Shown here piece by piece: positions 13,715 to 27,870 of a stretch of 64,000 nt of DNA. Each line of letters begins with the position of its first letter. Position 1 is the first letter of the stretch. The notes under the pieces were generated by a model that saw only the letters and a list, made by a program, of their open reading frames with translations, did not search any database and was not told where the DNA came from. A program made the translations under genes and the position numbers. Source of the DNA: Eledone cirrhosa (taxonomy: Eukaryota); NCBI GenBank assembly GCA_964016885.1, contig OZ024740.1, positions 367,536,001-367,600,000 on the forward strand, read 5' to 3'.

Positions 13715-14912
13715 ATATGGAAAAAAATGAAAGGAAATTTCATTTCTCACTCACTCTTAGTACGTCTGTTACTTAAATATAAGTATGTATACGTACATAC
13801 ATATATGTATAGAGACGTACAGTAGTATGTATATATATACATACATGCACACATATATATATGTACGTATGGATTTACCGAACATTTATTATAATGCTCG
13901 GATTCTTTGTAAACAAACAGCCCGAATTAAGCCGTACAGTGTTTTGCAACCATCGTTGCCCTTTTGTTCAACACTGGCAAAGGAACGATGTACTATACTA
14001 GTTTCAAGCTTATTAGCTATCGTCAGCACCGTACACCTTCCTGCCAGATGATTGAACGTCTGAAAGTATATACTTTCCTTATGCATATTAACGGCTGAGC
14101 AGCCTAATTTGCATATCGAGTGACTTAATCGGCCGGGCGCACCGAAAACGATAAATGGAAAAAAATGAAACGAAATTTCATTTCTCACTCACTCTTAGTA
14201 CGGCTGTTACTTAAATATAAGTATGTATACGTACATACATATATGTATACAGACGTACAGTAGTATGTATATATATACATACATGCAAACAGTGTTGAAC
14301 AAAAGGGCAACGATGGTTGCTAAACACTGTACGGCTTAATTCGGATGTTTGTTTACAAAGAAACCGAGCATTATAATAAATGTTCGGTAAATCTATACGT
14401 ACATATATATATGTGTGCATGTATGTATATATATACATACTACTGTAAGTCTGTATATATATATGTATGTACGTATACATACTTATATTTAAGTAACAGC
14501 CATACTAAGAGTGAGTGAGAAATGAAATTTCGTTTCATTTTTTCCATTTATCGTTTTCAGTGCGCCCGGCGGATTAACTCACTCGATATGCAAATTAGGC
14601 TGCTCAGCCGTTAATATGTATAAGGAAAGTATATACTTTCAGACGTTCAATCATCTGGCAGGAAGGTATACGGTGCTGACGATAGCTAATAAGCTTGAAA
14701 CTAGTACATCGTTCCTTTGCCTGTGTTGAACAAAAGGGCAACGATGGTTGATAAACATTGTACGTCTTAATTCGGGATGTTTACAAAGAAACCGAGCATT
14801 ATAATAAATGTTCGGTAAATCCATACGTACATATATATATGTGTGCATGTATGTATATATATACATACTACTGTACGTCTGTATACATATATGTATGTAC
14901 GTATACATACTT
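13715..14912. mobile_element. Non-coding retrozyme-like element (family C): unit of about 435 nt, partial tandem plus inverted arm
   Basis: Unit restarts at 13717 and 14155; inversion near 14288; HHRs at 13986-14031 (-) and 14671-14711 (+); TA flanks. Confidence 0.8.
14671..14711 (+). ncRNA. Minimal type I hammerhead ribozyme (family C)
   Basis: CGGTG-CTGACGA-T-AGCT aata AGCT-T-GAAA-CTAG-TA-CATCG; palindromic loop III, GUA triplet. Confidence 0.8.
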
Positions 14913-14942
14913 ATATATATATATATATATATATACATATAT

Positions 14943-15508
14943 AAATTAATAAAAACAATGAAATAAAAACAAAGCACAGGTTCTTTATATTGAAAAAAAT
15001 CATCATTTTACGATCGTTTCTGGGATATATATGTGTGTGTTGGTATGTATATCATATTAAAGATCTATGTAAAAAAATATTACAAATTATCAGAGGAGAT
15101 ATACATACCTTCACTTATATATGCCATCTTCAGAAATGATGAAGTATGTTTTTTAAAGAAACAAAGTATTAATACAAAAAGTCTGTTTGGGAACAGGTTT
15201 TGAATTGACCAATAGAAAAGTGTTAGAAGTCCAGTTGATAGAATAACAGTAGTAGAAACTTAATGCTAAGAGTGGAGGAATGTAAATTTATGCTTTGAAT
15301 GAAAAGAATGCAATGGGGAAGAGAAAGGTAGGGGTTAAAATGAGGTCAAAATCAATAAGATAGTGAAAGATTCCCAAGTTATCTTTAACCTCACTACTTC
15401 TTTTAACCGCATCCCTTATCTATCACATTAAATACCTAGGATTAGTAAATATTATGGATGTTTAGTCAGATACACTACTTTTTATAAAAGTTTTATCTAT
15501 TTCCGGCT

Positions 15509-15576
<68 letters not shown>

Positions 15577-16206
15577 CTTTATTTATCACATTCATAAGTA
15601 TTAATATAATTTTAACTCTGTAAGTATAACTATCAATTAATTTAATTTCCTTTTATGTATCTAGGTTCTTGAAATTTAAACAGGAGTAGTATTTCTAATT
15701 AACACTCTCATCCCACAATAAATTTTTTCCCTTCGCTTTTAACAACATTCTTTAATAACATCAATCTTTTTTGTAATCCTTCACTATCTTATTGACTTGA
15801 CCTCATTTTAACACCTATCTTTCTCTTACCCATTGCATTTGTTTCATTGAAAGCATAAATTTACATTCTTCCACTCCTAGCATAAAGTTTCTACTACTGT
15901 TATTCTATCAACTTGACCTCTAACTCTTTTCTATTGGTCAATTCAAAACCTGTTCGCAAACAGACTTTTTGTATTAATACTTTGTTTCTTTTAATAAACA
16001 TACTTAATCATTTCTGAAGATGGCATATATAAGTGAAGGTATGTATATCTCCTCTGGTAATTTGTAATATTTGTTTAAATAACTCTTTAATATGTTATAC
16101 ATACCAACACACACATATATATCCCAGAAACGATCGTAAGATGATGATTCTTTTTCAATATAAGGAACCTGTTCCCTGTTTTTATTTCATTGTTTTTATT
16201 AATTTA
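14943..16206. repeat. Long inverted repeat (about 14943-15375 and 15775-16206) with internal (TA)n; possibly PLE-derived
   Basis: Arms of about 430 bp are clearly reverse-complementary; no convincing HHR or ORF. Confidence 0.7.
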
Positions 16207-16342
16207 TCTTGACTCTGTTTTCTTATGATTTTTATCGTTAAAATTTGAATGCATTTTCTCTTTTCATGATATCTTCTATATCTGGATTACAATGAGTTCT
16301 TCATACGGATTGGACACTACCGTTTATTTTGGTAGATTTATC

Positions 16343-16407
<65 letters not shown>

Positions 16408-16432
16408 AGTTTCTAACCCAATACATGCCTTG

Positions 16433-16463
<31 letters not shown>

Positions 16464-16546
16464 GGAGGTGAGTTTTATTGTAGTACAATAAAGCAATGCA
16501 GATATCGGATAAGAAGCACTCTACAGTTTGTGGGACTGGAGTATGC

Positions 16547-16760
16547 ATAATATAAGATCAAAAGATGGTTAAAGGAGTTCAATATATTTTATTATGCGCA
16601 TTTCAAAAACAAACATCATCAAACAATAATATTTGTGTTTTCATCAGATTTCTCCTGTTTTATCTGATGAAAACACAAATATTATTGTTTGATGTTGTTT
16701 TTGAAATGCGCATAATAAAATATATTGAACTCCTTTAACCATCTTTTGATCTTATATTAT
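16547..16760. mobile_element. Fold-back mini-element, HHR family D
   Basis: Near-perfect arms of about 100 bp around 16650-16662; (TA)n on the right. Confidence 0.75.
16658..16720 (+). ncRNA. Type I hammerhead ribozyme (family D)
   Basis: TTTTAT-CTGATGA-[AAACA...TGTTT long stem II]-GAAA-TGCGCA-TA-ATAAAA; 6-bp stem I, palindromic TGCGCA. Confidence 0.75.
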
Positions 16761-16852
16761 ATATATATATATATATATCGTGTAATTTCATAAAATCAAT
16801 CTATCTATCTTTCTATCTATCTACCTACTTACGTACATGTCTATCCCCCCCC

Positions 16853-17003
<151 letters not shown>

Positions 17004-17829
17004 GCGATCTCATCTGGGGTCGTTCAACCCAAACATATAATGGAAGATATGGAAAATAGAAAATTCAATTGGCGGTCAGCCTGCAAAATTTACGGGAACA
17101 CATTTGCTTGGAAGCTTAATTTTGCAGCAATTTATCTACGTCTGCAGTTTTAGCTTCTAGGCTTGCTGGCAGCGATAGTGGATATGATGATGGCTGCATT
17201 GTCGGTGTTGGTAATGGGTAAACTACGTTCATTCTACTTGTTACAACTTCCATACACGCTACAGAGGAGATCTTTGTCTTGCTACTTCATGAGGACATGG
17301 TGGTGTTGGTAGTAGTAAAAGTGCTGATATGGTTGGTCCCAACAACATCAGGCACATATAATACAGCTGGGTAAACAAAACTACCCTAACAATGATAGAT
17401 GTTGTTGTTATCACTCTCAGGTTTTATGATGGCACTGTGGTTGTTTTGTTGTTCTTACACTCGTTTTACCTTTTATTTTATCTATGAGCTCGTCCAATTT
17501 TATAAAGAGAAAGGTCGTTTTCATTTCTTCAACATATATCTATGTATCCTCTCCAGTAACTTTCTTTTCTTGATCGGGGGATATAGTTTTTTAATTGTTT
17601 ACAGTTAATAGCAATCAAGATAATTAAAAAATATATTCAGCTCCATATGAAGACCTCAAAATTTAAATATTAGTCACAGTAAATGACACAACAAAATACT
17701 CGGTTTAAATGCTAAATAACAGAATCTGAATGAGTAAAATTACAATTCCTTTCAAAGCAACGAAGTGAAACGCCCCACATCGTGTGTCAACAACTTACAT
17801 GATTATGATACCGCTAATGATGCCGACGA

Positions 17830-20410
17830 TATAATAATCATAATGATTTCTTTATAGGCCACAAGGGCCTACGTATACAGGAAATAGAATAGACGGGGCA
17901 GTGGGGGTTTTACTAAAAACATCAAGTAAAAAATATTTATAAAATCAATAACAATTAACGAGAGAATTACAATAATAGAAATTCCCCAATAAGGGGATAA
18001 CCACCTGGCGGAGAGTCATGTACACAACAAATCCTGAACCACATGAAGCACCGAAGACACCCTGGAAGGACACCCATCTCCTCCGCAAAAGTACCAGCCT
18101 ACAGGCGTATGCTCAGACTAGGGCAATTCACAAGAGTCATTTTCACCACATTCACACATTTCAGCAAATGTACTAGTGAGCAGTACTTCAATCTAAACCC
18201 TCACCTTTCTTTCCAAGTGAAACTTGGAAAGGTTGATGAGGGATTGGCCGAAAAGAAAAGTGACTGACTTCAGTCCTTTCATCCTGGTCCACCACACAGC
18301 CACTTTCGCTACCACCACCAGACAGAGGAAAACTACCTACCCCTCTCAACCAAAAGGTAGGTGGCGGGGCGATCTTGACTATGAATTCAGTTGATAGCCG
18401 AACCGTCCTACGTGCAACAACAGCTGTTCGACATTATTCCACAAGACATTAATGCATGTACAATGAATATGTGCGTGCAGAACGGTTTCGTCGCTCTGCG
18501 TGCATCTTGGGCAGGTCCGGCGGATAGCACTTCCGTATCTGTAGCGTTTATTCCCGGTAGCAGTGTCGAGCGAGGGATTTCTGGAAGTTATCCATAGACC
18601 CCGGCTAAAAAATCCTCCGGAACAGTCTTATTAGTTTGTCTTCGTCGACGTCCAGAGACTCTCGAAAAGCGTGGTCATACTTGCCCAACACTAATCCTCT
18701 ATAGAAGACGAGAATGTAATTTCCACTGACCAAATTGCCCGCCTGGTGGAGGCAAAATTTCAGGTTCCAAGCTCCCGGTCTCGGTCACTTCTTCATCCCG
18801 GGCTGTAGCTCAGTCAAAAGGACCAGCCTCGGAAAGGCTTGTATTACAAACGACAACAACACCTGTTCACAGTTTCTGAAAATGCCGTAGCCTCATCGCA
18901 TATTTGTGCATCATCAGCCACGGCAGGCCCAGCCCTCTGCGAAGAGGGTGGTGGAAGCAGGTGGACCGCCTCATTAATGGAACCTATCCCATCCAAAATA
19001 AGTGGAAGAGCAGACGTTCAAATTTGGTGAGGCGCAAACGGGGCAAATGCACGACGGTCAAGCGTTAGTAGATGATGGACCTGATGTACGCTTTCACCAC
19101 CTCCATCCGCCATTTCATTTGTAACTTCTAATTGGTCCATTTCTGGGTGAGAGTGGCTACCCTACTCGTTACCTGAACTCAGTTCTTATCCAGCTAGAGT
19201 TCGGTCCGACCCAGACTCCGAGCAACTTCACCGGACCCTGCATCTAGCGTCCGCTGACGCTGTTGGATGACATGGATTTGATTTTCTTGGGGCCCAGCTG
19301 CAAACTCACCGACTTTACCGCGTTCAGTTTTGCTCCTCTCATTCTTTCATATTTTTCTAAGAAAGTTCCGTCTACCTCGATTTCCGAGATGTTCGACACC
19401 ACCACAGTGATGTCATCCGCATATCCCGACACAACACTCCCATGTCTCGCATCAAGCAGGAAGCCCTGCTACAACTCCAGCTTCCGAAGTAATGGTTCGA
19501 AAGAAAACATTTTCAGAAGGGACAAGAGAGGTCACAATTAACTTACCCTTCGTGCGATCTAAAACGGTTCCGAAATGTGATCATTTACTTTTACCACTGA
19601 ATAGACGCCGCTGTGCATTGAAGCGACCCAGCCTCTGAAGATGGAATCGAAGCCAGCTACCTTGAAGACAGCTTCCAGATATCGATGGCCGACACTATCA
19701 AAAGCTTTCGATCGATCTAAATTGATCAGAGCACCTCCGACGCCAGGGTTACACCCTACTCTCTCTATGATGTATCGCATGGAATGGAGGTTGTATATGG
19801 ACCTGTTTAGGATGGCGCACGTTTGCACCTCCCCTGCCAGACTCTCGACGACAAGCGCATATCTCTTCGATAACACCTTAAACCGTGTTTAACCGGGTTA
19901 TGGGCATGGAATTGTCTACAGAATCTCTCTTGTTATCGTCTTTACTCCTCAGCTTTACTACGCCTCGGTTCACAGAATTGGGAATACACCCGTTCTACTG
20001 TCAGTTACAGTAGGCTGCTTCGAGAAGATCGGAGATCAAGTCTGTCATTTCTTCGTAAAACGCGGAGGGTAGACCATCCAAACCGGTTGAGTTGGACCTC
20101 GTGCAAGTGACCAGGAGATCCCGAATCTCAGCTGATGTCACAGGTCTTCCCTAGCACACAGAGGACTGGGAATCCTTGAAATCATTCCAATTTCCAAGCG
20201 CCAATTCGCGGTCTTCAATCAACGCATGACTTGAGTCTCTCCAGGTGACGAACTGGGGAAACATGACTAGCAAACGGCTATGAAACCTGTTCACAATTAA
20301 GGAAAAGCTGGAGATGACGTAGCCTCTCAGCGCATATTTGGTCTATACTATCAGCCACAGTATAGACATGATTCTCCATGAGCCAAGTCGTGTAATTACC
20401 GACTTTTCCT
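17830..20410 (-). mobile_element. Degenerate L1/Tx1-like LINE (RT to 3' end)
   Basis: ALINLDRSKAFDSVGHRYL and SGYADDIT motifs; 3' end resembles 30385-30420; many stops and frameshifts. Confidence 0.8.
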
Positions 20411-21434
20411 GGATAATGTTTGTTCCCGGTACCGCTTCGTACGCTCCGAGAGCGGTGTCGATCACCTCGATGTGTTTGATGTTTGAAACCAATGTGTTGA
20501 CATCGTTGATATGCTGAGATGAATTTCACTCATCCTAATTCGTGCATTATTCCACTCAATCTCTACAATTTTTCCTGTAGTCTCGAGAGTCAGTAAATAC
20601 AAGGGTGAAAGTGGGGGGATGGTTCATTTTGCCTACAGAGCATATGATGCTGAGCATTGTAACCATTCATCCTCTGACTGGAAACGGTGCCGATTTTGGT
20701 GGGTGATGTAGTTCTTTTCTGTAATATTGATGTTGCGCTGTTAGTGGTGAATTATTCTTTTGTTGTTTGTGTTTAGTGCTGTGTAATGTGTGAGGTTTGT
20801 GTCTTTTTGTTGGGTTTGCGTTTGTTATTGCTGTTTGTTTTTGCGGGTGCTGGTTAGATAGTGTTGAAGATGTTATTGCTGGCGCCTATGGTGTCTATTG
20901 TGGTATTGATGATGATGAGTTTTGTGTGGGTTTCGCATTTATGCCTCAATGCTTTCTTTTATTTTTCGTTTTCCTCACATACGCCATAATTTTTTCTTCT
21001 TTATTTTTCTTGTGACAGATGGCTTGCCACATCCAACCCACGTCACAATCCATATCTATCTGATTGACTTCGGGGAGCAGCATGTCTTCCACGGGAGTTG
21101 TTGGTGATGGGAGTGCTTTTACTACCGTTGTTGCAGCTGTTGTTGTCTCTGGTACTTTTGTTGAAATTGTTACAGTTGCTGGTGGCGAACACTTCTACAG
21201 ATAGGCTGGAACTATAAAAACTGAAACCATCCGAATCAACAGAGGGATATTTTTTAATCACTGCTATCTGAGACACTAAATAGAACTGGAGTGTGGTATA
21301 AATGCTACAACCAGAAAATTAATCATCTCCTTTATATAGAAATAATAGAATAGAAACAACACGAAAAACCACACTGCACATAACCTGGGTGCACACATAT
21401 GTGCTCGGTAATGCAGTGACGGTACGTATAATAA

Positions 21435-21660
21435 TGATTTCTACCATACCCACAAGGCCAGCAATTTTGTGTGTGTGTGTGTGTGGGGGGGGGGGGTAAA
21501 TTAAATTGACCCCAGTGCATTACTGGTGCTTTATTTATCGACCCCGTAAGGATGAAAGTTAACCTCGGCGGGATTTGAATTCAGAACGTAAAGACCTATA
21601 AATCTAAGCTGCAAAGCATGGTGTTCGACGTTCTACCGGTATGGTTAATCCGCCAAACAA
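21435..21660 (-). mobile_element. tRNA-derived SINE (same family as 5807)
   Basis: Reverse complement of the SINE head, body and tail. Confidence 0.8.
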
Positions 21661-22009
21661 TGATTAATGGCTTTATTCTGAAGTGCCCTATCAATGTTCC
21701 TGGTATTGCCATTAACACTAGTGATGTAATTTATATAGATTTGACGCTGTTTGCATAAGTTCAATCTACATTGACAACTGTAAAATTGATTTGACGTTTC
21801 CCCTCTCCTAAAGTACAATAGCGTCTTTATTTTCATTTTAACTTCGATATAAAACCCAATAAAATAAAAACAATTCCTCCCAATCTTGTAAGAGATTTGA
21901 TTGTATGCCCCATAGTTTCAGTATCTTAACTTGCAACGAAGTAGATGCAGAAGAAAATAGGAAGTGACAGGTGTTTGGATAATCTAATAGATACAATTAG
22001 CATTAGCAT

Positions 22010-22048
<39 letters not shown>

Positions 22049-22049
22049 A

Positions 22050-22162
<113 letters not shown>

Positions 22163-22200
22163 CATGTTGTAATGGAGATATTCTGAATATGTTAGTATTA

Positions 22201-22243
<43 letters not shown>

Positions 22244-22709
22244 GTGTGTTCATACGCGAATATGCAAGGAAATATTTAAACAACGGAATTCTATTGGTGG
22301 GGAACATGTTCTTAAAGTTGTTAGGGATTCGATTAATATTCTGTGACATCCGCGCTCACCACAATAGCATTAACTCAGTACATGAAACGGAAATGAATGC
22401 AATTTGAAAGTAAATTTCCATGGAAAATTCCATTTTCCGTGAAGATAAACAGTTGGCGACACATGCGTTTTTTCAGAGGTAAACCGTACAACGAGCTCTA
22501 ATATAGATTCAGAAGAATGAGATCTCAAATATGCCCAATTATTGAAATGCGATAAAATCCATAGGAATATATTCACACTATTTACTCTGTTGTTGCAAGG
22601 GTACATTGAATTCAATAAAATGGGATGTTGATATGTAAAATTATAAAGGCCAGATAGATTTTTATATATTTACTTCGGTCCTAAATTGCTGCTCCTATAT
22701 TTACATGTT

Positions 22710-22909
22710 NNNNNNNNNNNNNNNNNNNNNNNNNNNNNNNNNNNNNNNNNNNNNNNNNNNNNNNNNNNNNNNNNNNNNNNNNNNNNNNNNNNNNNNNNNN
22801 NNNNNNNNNNNNNNNNNNNNNNNNNNNNNNNNNNNNNNNNNNNNNNNNNNNNNNNNNNNNNNNNNNNNNNNNNNNNNNNNNNNNNNNNNNNNNNNNNNNN
22901 NNNNNNNNN
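22710..22909. other. Assembly gap (200 N)
   Basis: Run of n. Confidence 1.
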
Positions 22910-23171
22910 TTGAAGGGAGATACGGAAACTAAAACAGTGTTGTCTTATAGAGAGTGAAGAGTGACAGAGAGAGAGTAAAGCAGTTAAATTAGAGAGGGGG
23001 AATGATCTTACATACATGCATACATACATACATATAAAGTATAGATATGTGTGTGTGTGTTTGTGTATGTGTATGTGTTTTTGTGTATGTGTGTATGTGC
23101 ATGTGTGTGTCTGTGTCTTTTGTTTAGATGTTATCCGGCAATTGGCGAAATCAGGTGTGAAAGTATCTGTA

Positions 23172-23229
<58 letters not shown>

Positions 23230-23250
23230 TATGTGGGTGTGTATGTGTGA

Positions 23251-23297
<47 letters not shown>

Positions 23298-24124
23298 GTG
23301 TGTGTGTGTGTGTGTGTGTGGTACTTATGCGAGCGACGACAGAAAAAGTGTGTGGGATACATACATTATTATGTTTGTCTGTATTTTCGTTCTGCAACCA
23401 TTATATTATGATATTTGTATCCAAATGATTTTAGATGTATGTATTACCTGCTTGCCCGTCCCTCTGTTTCTCTTTCCCTGTCTCTCTCTCTCTCCTCTTT
23501 CTCTCTCTCTCTTTAGATGTGTGTGTTTGTGTGTGTGTGTAGTTTGCCATATCTGTCTATTTTACTCTCTGTCTCTCTAAGAGGGTTGCCTTGTGAAGTA
23601 TGTATTACCTGCATGTGTGTTGACCGAATTTGAAGGAGGTTATCCTTTTGAAATAAACATACATACGACGCTCATCTCTATGTTGATATATGATATAAAT
23701 AATGGGATTGGTGAGTTTATATCTGTATACAACAACTACAACGGTACGCGATGGGGCCCACCCACAGCCCCGGCGTACAGAATGGAGAAGGCGTTTCCCC
23801 GGAGGACGGCAAGGGAGACGCTCTGGAAAAGCCACTCCAACTCACGGGGCTCACACCTGCGGTTGACAAGCTCAGCGCCTATGGTGGTGAGTAAGGCGGT
23901 AGCCCTGAGGCGGAGGACACCAGAAGTCTCCACTTCAAGGGGTACGACCCCCAAACCTGTCGGAGAGCCAGCGGTATTTGAGGATTTTGGCCACCTCAGC
24001 CCGACGTGCAGCACACCCTGGGTCAATATTGATATATTGAATGTAGATACGGAAAGTAAAAAGTGTTGTCATATAGAGAGTGAAGAGAGACAGAGAGTAA
24101 ATCAGTTAAATTATAAAGAGGGTG

Positions 24125-24196
<72 letters not shown>

Positions 24197-24650
24197 ACGC
24201 TCAGCTTTATAATATTAGAGAGTGAAGAGCGACAGAGAGAGTAAATCAGTTAAATTATAGAGAGGGGGAAGAGAGACGGAGATAGTAGAGCTAAGAAACT
24301 ATAGGGAGGTGTGTAGGATACATACGTGTTGACCGAATTTACATACGACGCTCATCTCTACGGAGAGTAAAATAGTGTTGTCATATAGAGAGTGAAGAGA
24401 GACAGAGAGTAAAGCAGTTAAATTATAGAGAGTGTGAAAGAGAGAGAGAGAGCCGACGCTCAGCTTTATAATATTTGAGAGTGAAGAGCGATAGAGAGAG
24501 TAAATCAGTTAAATTATAGAGAGGGGAATGATCTATTATAGAGAGAGGGAAGAGCGACGGAGAGAGTAAAAGCTAAGAAACTATAGGAAGTGTGTAGGAT
24601 GCATACATACATAATACGCACGACACTCAGCTTTATAATATTATAGATAA
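22910..24650. repeat. GA-rich repeat module, about 5 copies, interrupted by microsatellites and a CRE fragment
   Basis: AGAGAGTGAAGAG.GACAGAGAG..TAAA.CAGTTAAATTA.AGAG near 22950, 24075, 24220, 24385 and 24480. Confidence 0.65.
23736..24026 (-). mobile_element. 3' fragment of a CRE-clade non-LTR retrotransposon (RLE C-terminus)
   Basis: AEVAKILKY, then a frameshift into VVPLEVETSG...IG...EPRELEWLFQSVSLAVLRGNAFSIL, matching the CRE-type K..KY / P..VET.G / FQR.S.A..RGNA pattern; GC-rich island. Confidence 0.7.
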
Positions 24651-24849
24651 ATATGCAGATATGCCGGTGGTAATGTATTTCCATCTTGTTATCATGCGGC
24701 GAATATATGAGATACTGAAGCTTGTTTCTTACTAATGCTTAGTCGCAGATGTATCTGCCTTGTTATTGATGGAATCTGTAAGCTATGGGAATAGTTAATG
24801 CTAGTGGTAATAAAATAACACTGGTATTATCAAACATGTGGGTTTAGGT

Positions 24850-25535
<686 letters not shown>

Positions 25536-25550
25536 CTATATATCAAATTA

Positions 25551-26248
25551 CGATTGGTGCTCTGAAATAGCGATATAAATATATATGAATGTATATATAG
25601 TGTATTTTGCAATACACTGTATGCTTAATTAAAAACATTTCGAATACCTTATGCTATTGTTTTAGAGTAGTGACAGTCTCACTTACATTCAATTTTCAGC
25701 AAACAGGGGAGATAAAGCTGACAGAGCTCTGGTTCGTACTTTTTGGTACTTATGAAAGCTAAGTACTCCACCTGTTTGCTGAAAATCATGAATGTTTGAT
25801 TCTTATAGAATTCTAGTAATAATCAGGAACTGATTATACAGAGCGGTTGCCGGTCAAGCAGAAATTGAACATTAGAATTGGTGCTCTGAAATAGCGATAT
25901 ATATATATATGAATGTACATATAGTGTATTTTGCAATACATTGTATGCTTAATTAAAAGCATTTCGAAGACCTTACGCTTGACCGGCAACCGCTCTGTAT
26001 AATCAGTTCCTGATTATTACTACAATTCTATAAGAATCAAACATTCATGATTTTCGCCAAACAGCTGGTATACGTAGCTTAGATAAGTACCAAAAAATTA
26101 CGAAACAGAGCTCTGTCAGCTTTATCTACCCTGTTTGCTGAAAATTTAAAGTAAGTGAGACTGTCACTACACGAAAACAATAGTGTAAGGCCTTCGAAAT
26201 GCTTTTAATTAAGCATACAGTGTATTGCAAAATACACTATATATACAG

Positions 26249-26250
<2 letters not shown>
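25551..26250. mobile_element. Retrozyme-like element (family E): unit of about 324 nt, partial tandem plus inverted arm, decayed HHRs
   Basis: Unit restarts at 25553 and 25877; inversion near 25978; AGCT-[TAGATAA]-stem II-GAAA-CAGAGCTCTG-TC-AGCT at 26076-26121 (+), mirror at about 25716-25761 (-). Confidence 0.7.
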
Positions 26251-26315
<65 letters not shown>

Positions 26316-26329
26316 AATATGAAAAAGAA

Positions 26330-26460
26330 AGTGTGTTAAGGAACCACGTGGACCATAACGCACCAGAGTACTCGATACTTAGGTTAGAAGAGTGGTTAAT
26401 AGAAAAACAGTCAGGAGCCCGACGGCTGAGCTCCGGCCGTTTCTACAGCTAGATCCGAAC
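26330..26460 (-). mobile_element. Terminal fragment of HHR family F
   Basis: AAGGAACCA.GTGGACCATAACGCACCAGAGTACTC is shared with copies at 45.5, 47.2, 49.5 and 62.6 kb. Confidence 0.7.
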
Positions 26461-26689
26461 TATTTATGAGAAATTCAATCAAGGAAAAATAACACAGAGA
26501 AATATATAGTACACTCTCGATATATATTAGGTCAACGGTTGATATAACCCGTGAAGATTCATCAGATGAGATAAGGAGAGATAGAAGAAACATAAAGATA
26601 AACAGTAAACAAGACGAAGAAGAGAAAGGAACGGAAAACAATTCTACAGGAGGAAAGCTCCTGTGCGTTGGTGAATCAACCGCACACAC

Positions 26690-26776
<87 letters not shown>

Positions 26777-26777
<1 letters not shown>

Positions 26778-27120
26778 GGTATATTGCCAAATATACTATA
26801 CATACATACATGTATACATCGCTATTTCAGAGCACCAATCCTTTTAATACCTTATTTTTTGCTGGACCGGCAATCGCTTTGTATAATCACCTCCTAATTA
26901 TTACTGGAATTCTATAAGAATTCAGCTTCTATAATTTTCGGTGAAAGCAGGGGAGTACATGGCTCTGATGAACGCCAGCCAGTGTGAAACAGACTGTCAA
27001 TTTCCCTCCCTTCTTTCGCCGAAAAGAAGTAGGTGACATAGTCACTACTCTAAAACTGATAGCGTATGGTCTTCTAAATGTTTTTTAATTAAATATACGG
27101 TATATTGCCAAATATACTAC
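26777..27120 (+). mobile_element. Single 321-nt unit with a 22-nt terminal direct repeat inside (CA)n; diverged family E, HHR motif at 26961-27002
   Basis: CGGTATATTGCCAAATATACTA at both ends; CTGATGA-ACGC..GTGT-GAAA-CAGACTG-TC. Confidence 0.7.
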
Positions 27121-27155
27121 ACACACACACACACACACACACACACCCACACACA

Positions 27156-27264
<109 letters not shown>

Positions 27265-27870
27265 GTCTGTCATCAAACATATAATAGTATTATGTATTTT
27301 CATTTTTTAGATGCAAATCGACTAAATGCAGTTCGAAACTATAGTTATTCTAGTGCCATATATTTATAATATAAAGTCGAATATGGAAATATGGAAATAT
27401 GAACATCAAAATAATCCGGGATCAATTAGTTTTACTAGGTTGAATATGGATAATTGCAAAATACCCCAAAGCATACAAACAAAGGATATCTCAGCAGTCA
27501 TCACTTTTGCATGATCTGTTGGGTGTAATTCTATTAAATTACATCGTCAAGGTTGTGTAACTTAGAAAAATTCAGTTGCTAATTTGTAACCGATGGGGTT
27601 TTCGTAGAACTAAGTTATCAAATATGAATGAGAATGGTAAAAGATAAGAAAATGTGTTCACATTTCAAACTTTCTCTCAGTGTATTTGAATTTTATATAT
27701 GTAACAGTGTGCGCTCCGTGTGCATGATAAATATTAATACCAAGCAGGTCAAATGGCTTAGAAAATGTTTTTATTCAATTAGAGTAAAGTATTAGCGAAA
27801 ATATGTATCATGAGTGTTATGCTCAGTAGTACACCCCCATTCACACACACACACACATACACATATATAT

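Noticed and set aside
14040-14080. CAGATGA...GAAAGTATATACTTTC as a second HHR in family C
   Set aside because: The palindrome is present but no stem I pairing can be formed.
16008-16060. CTGAAGA...GAAG as an HHR in the 15-16 kb inverted repeat
   Set aside because: No GAAA and no convincing stem I or stem II.
23593-24225. 210-aa plus-strand ORF
   Set aside because: Antisense to the CRE fragment and runs through GA repeats.
22910-24650. Repeated module as a CRISPR-like array
   Set aside because: Eukaryotic context, long irregular repeats, no unique spacers of constant length and no cas genes.
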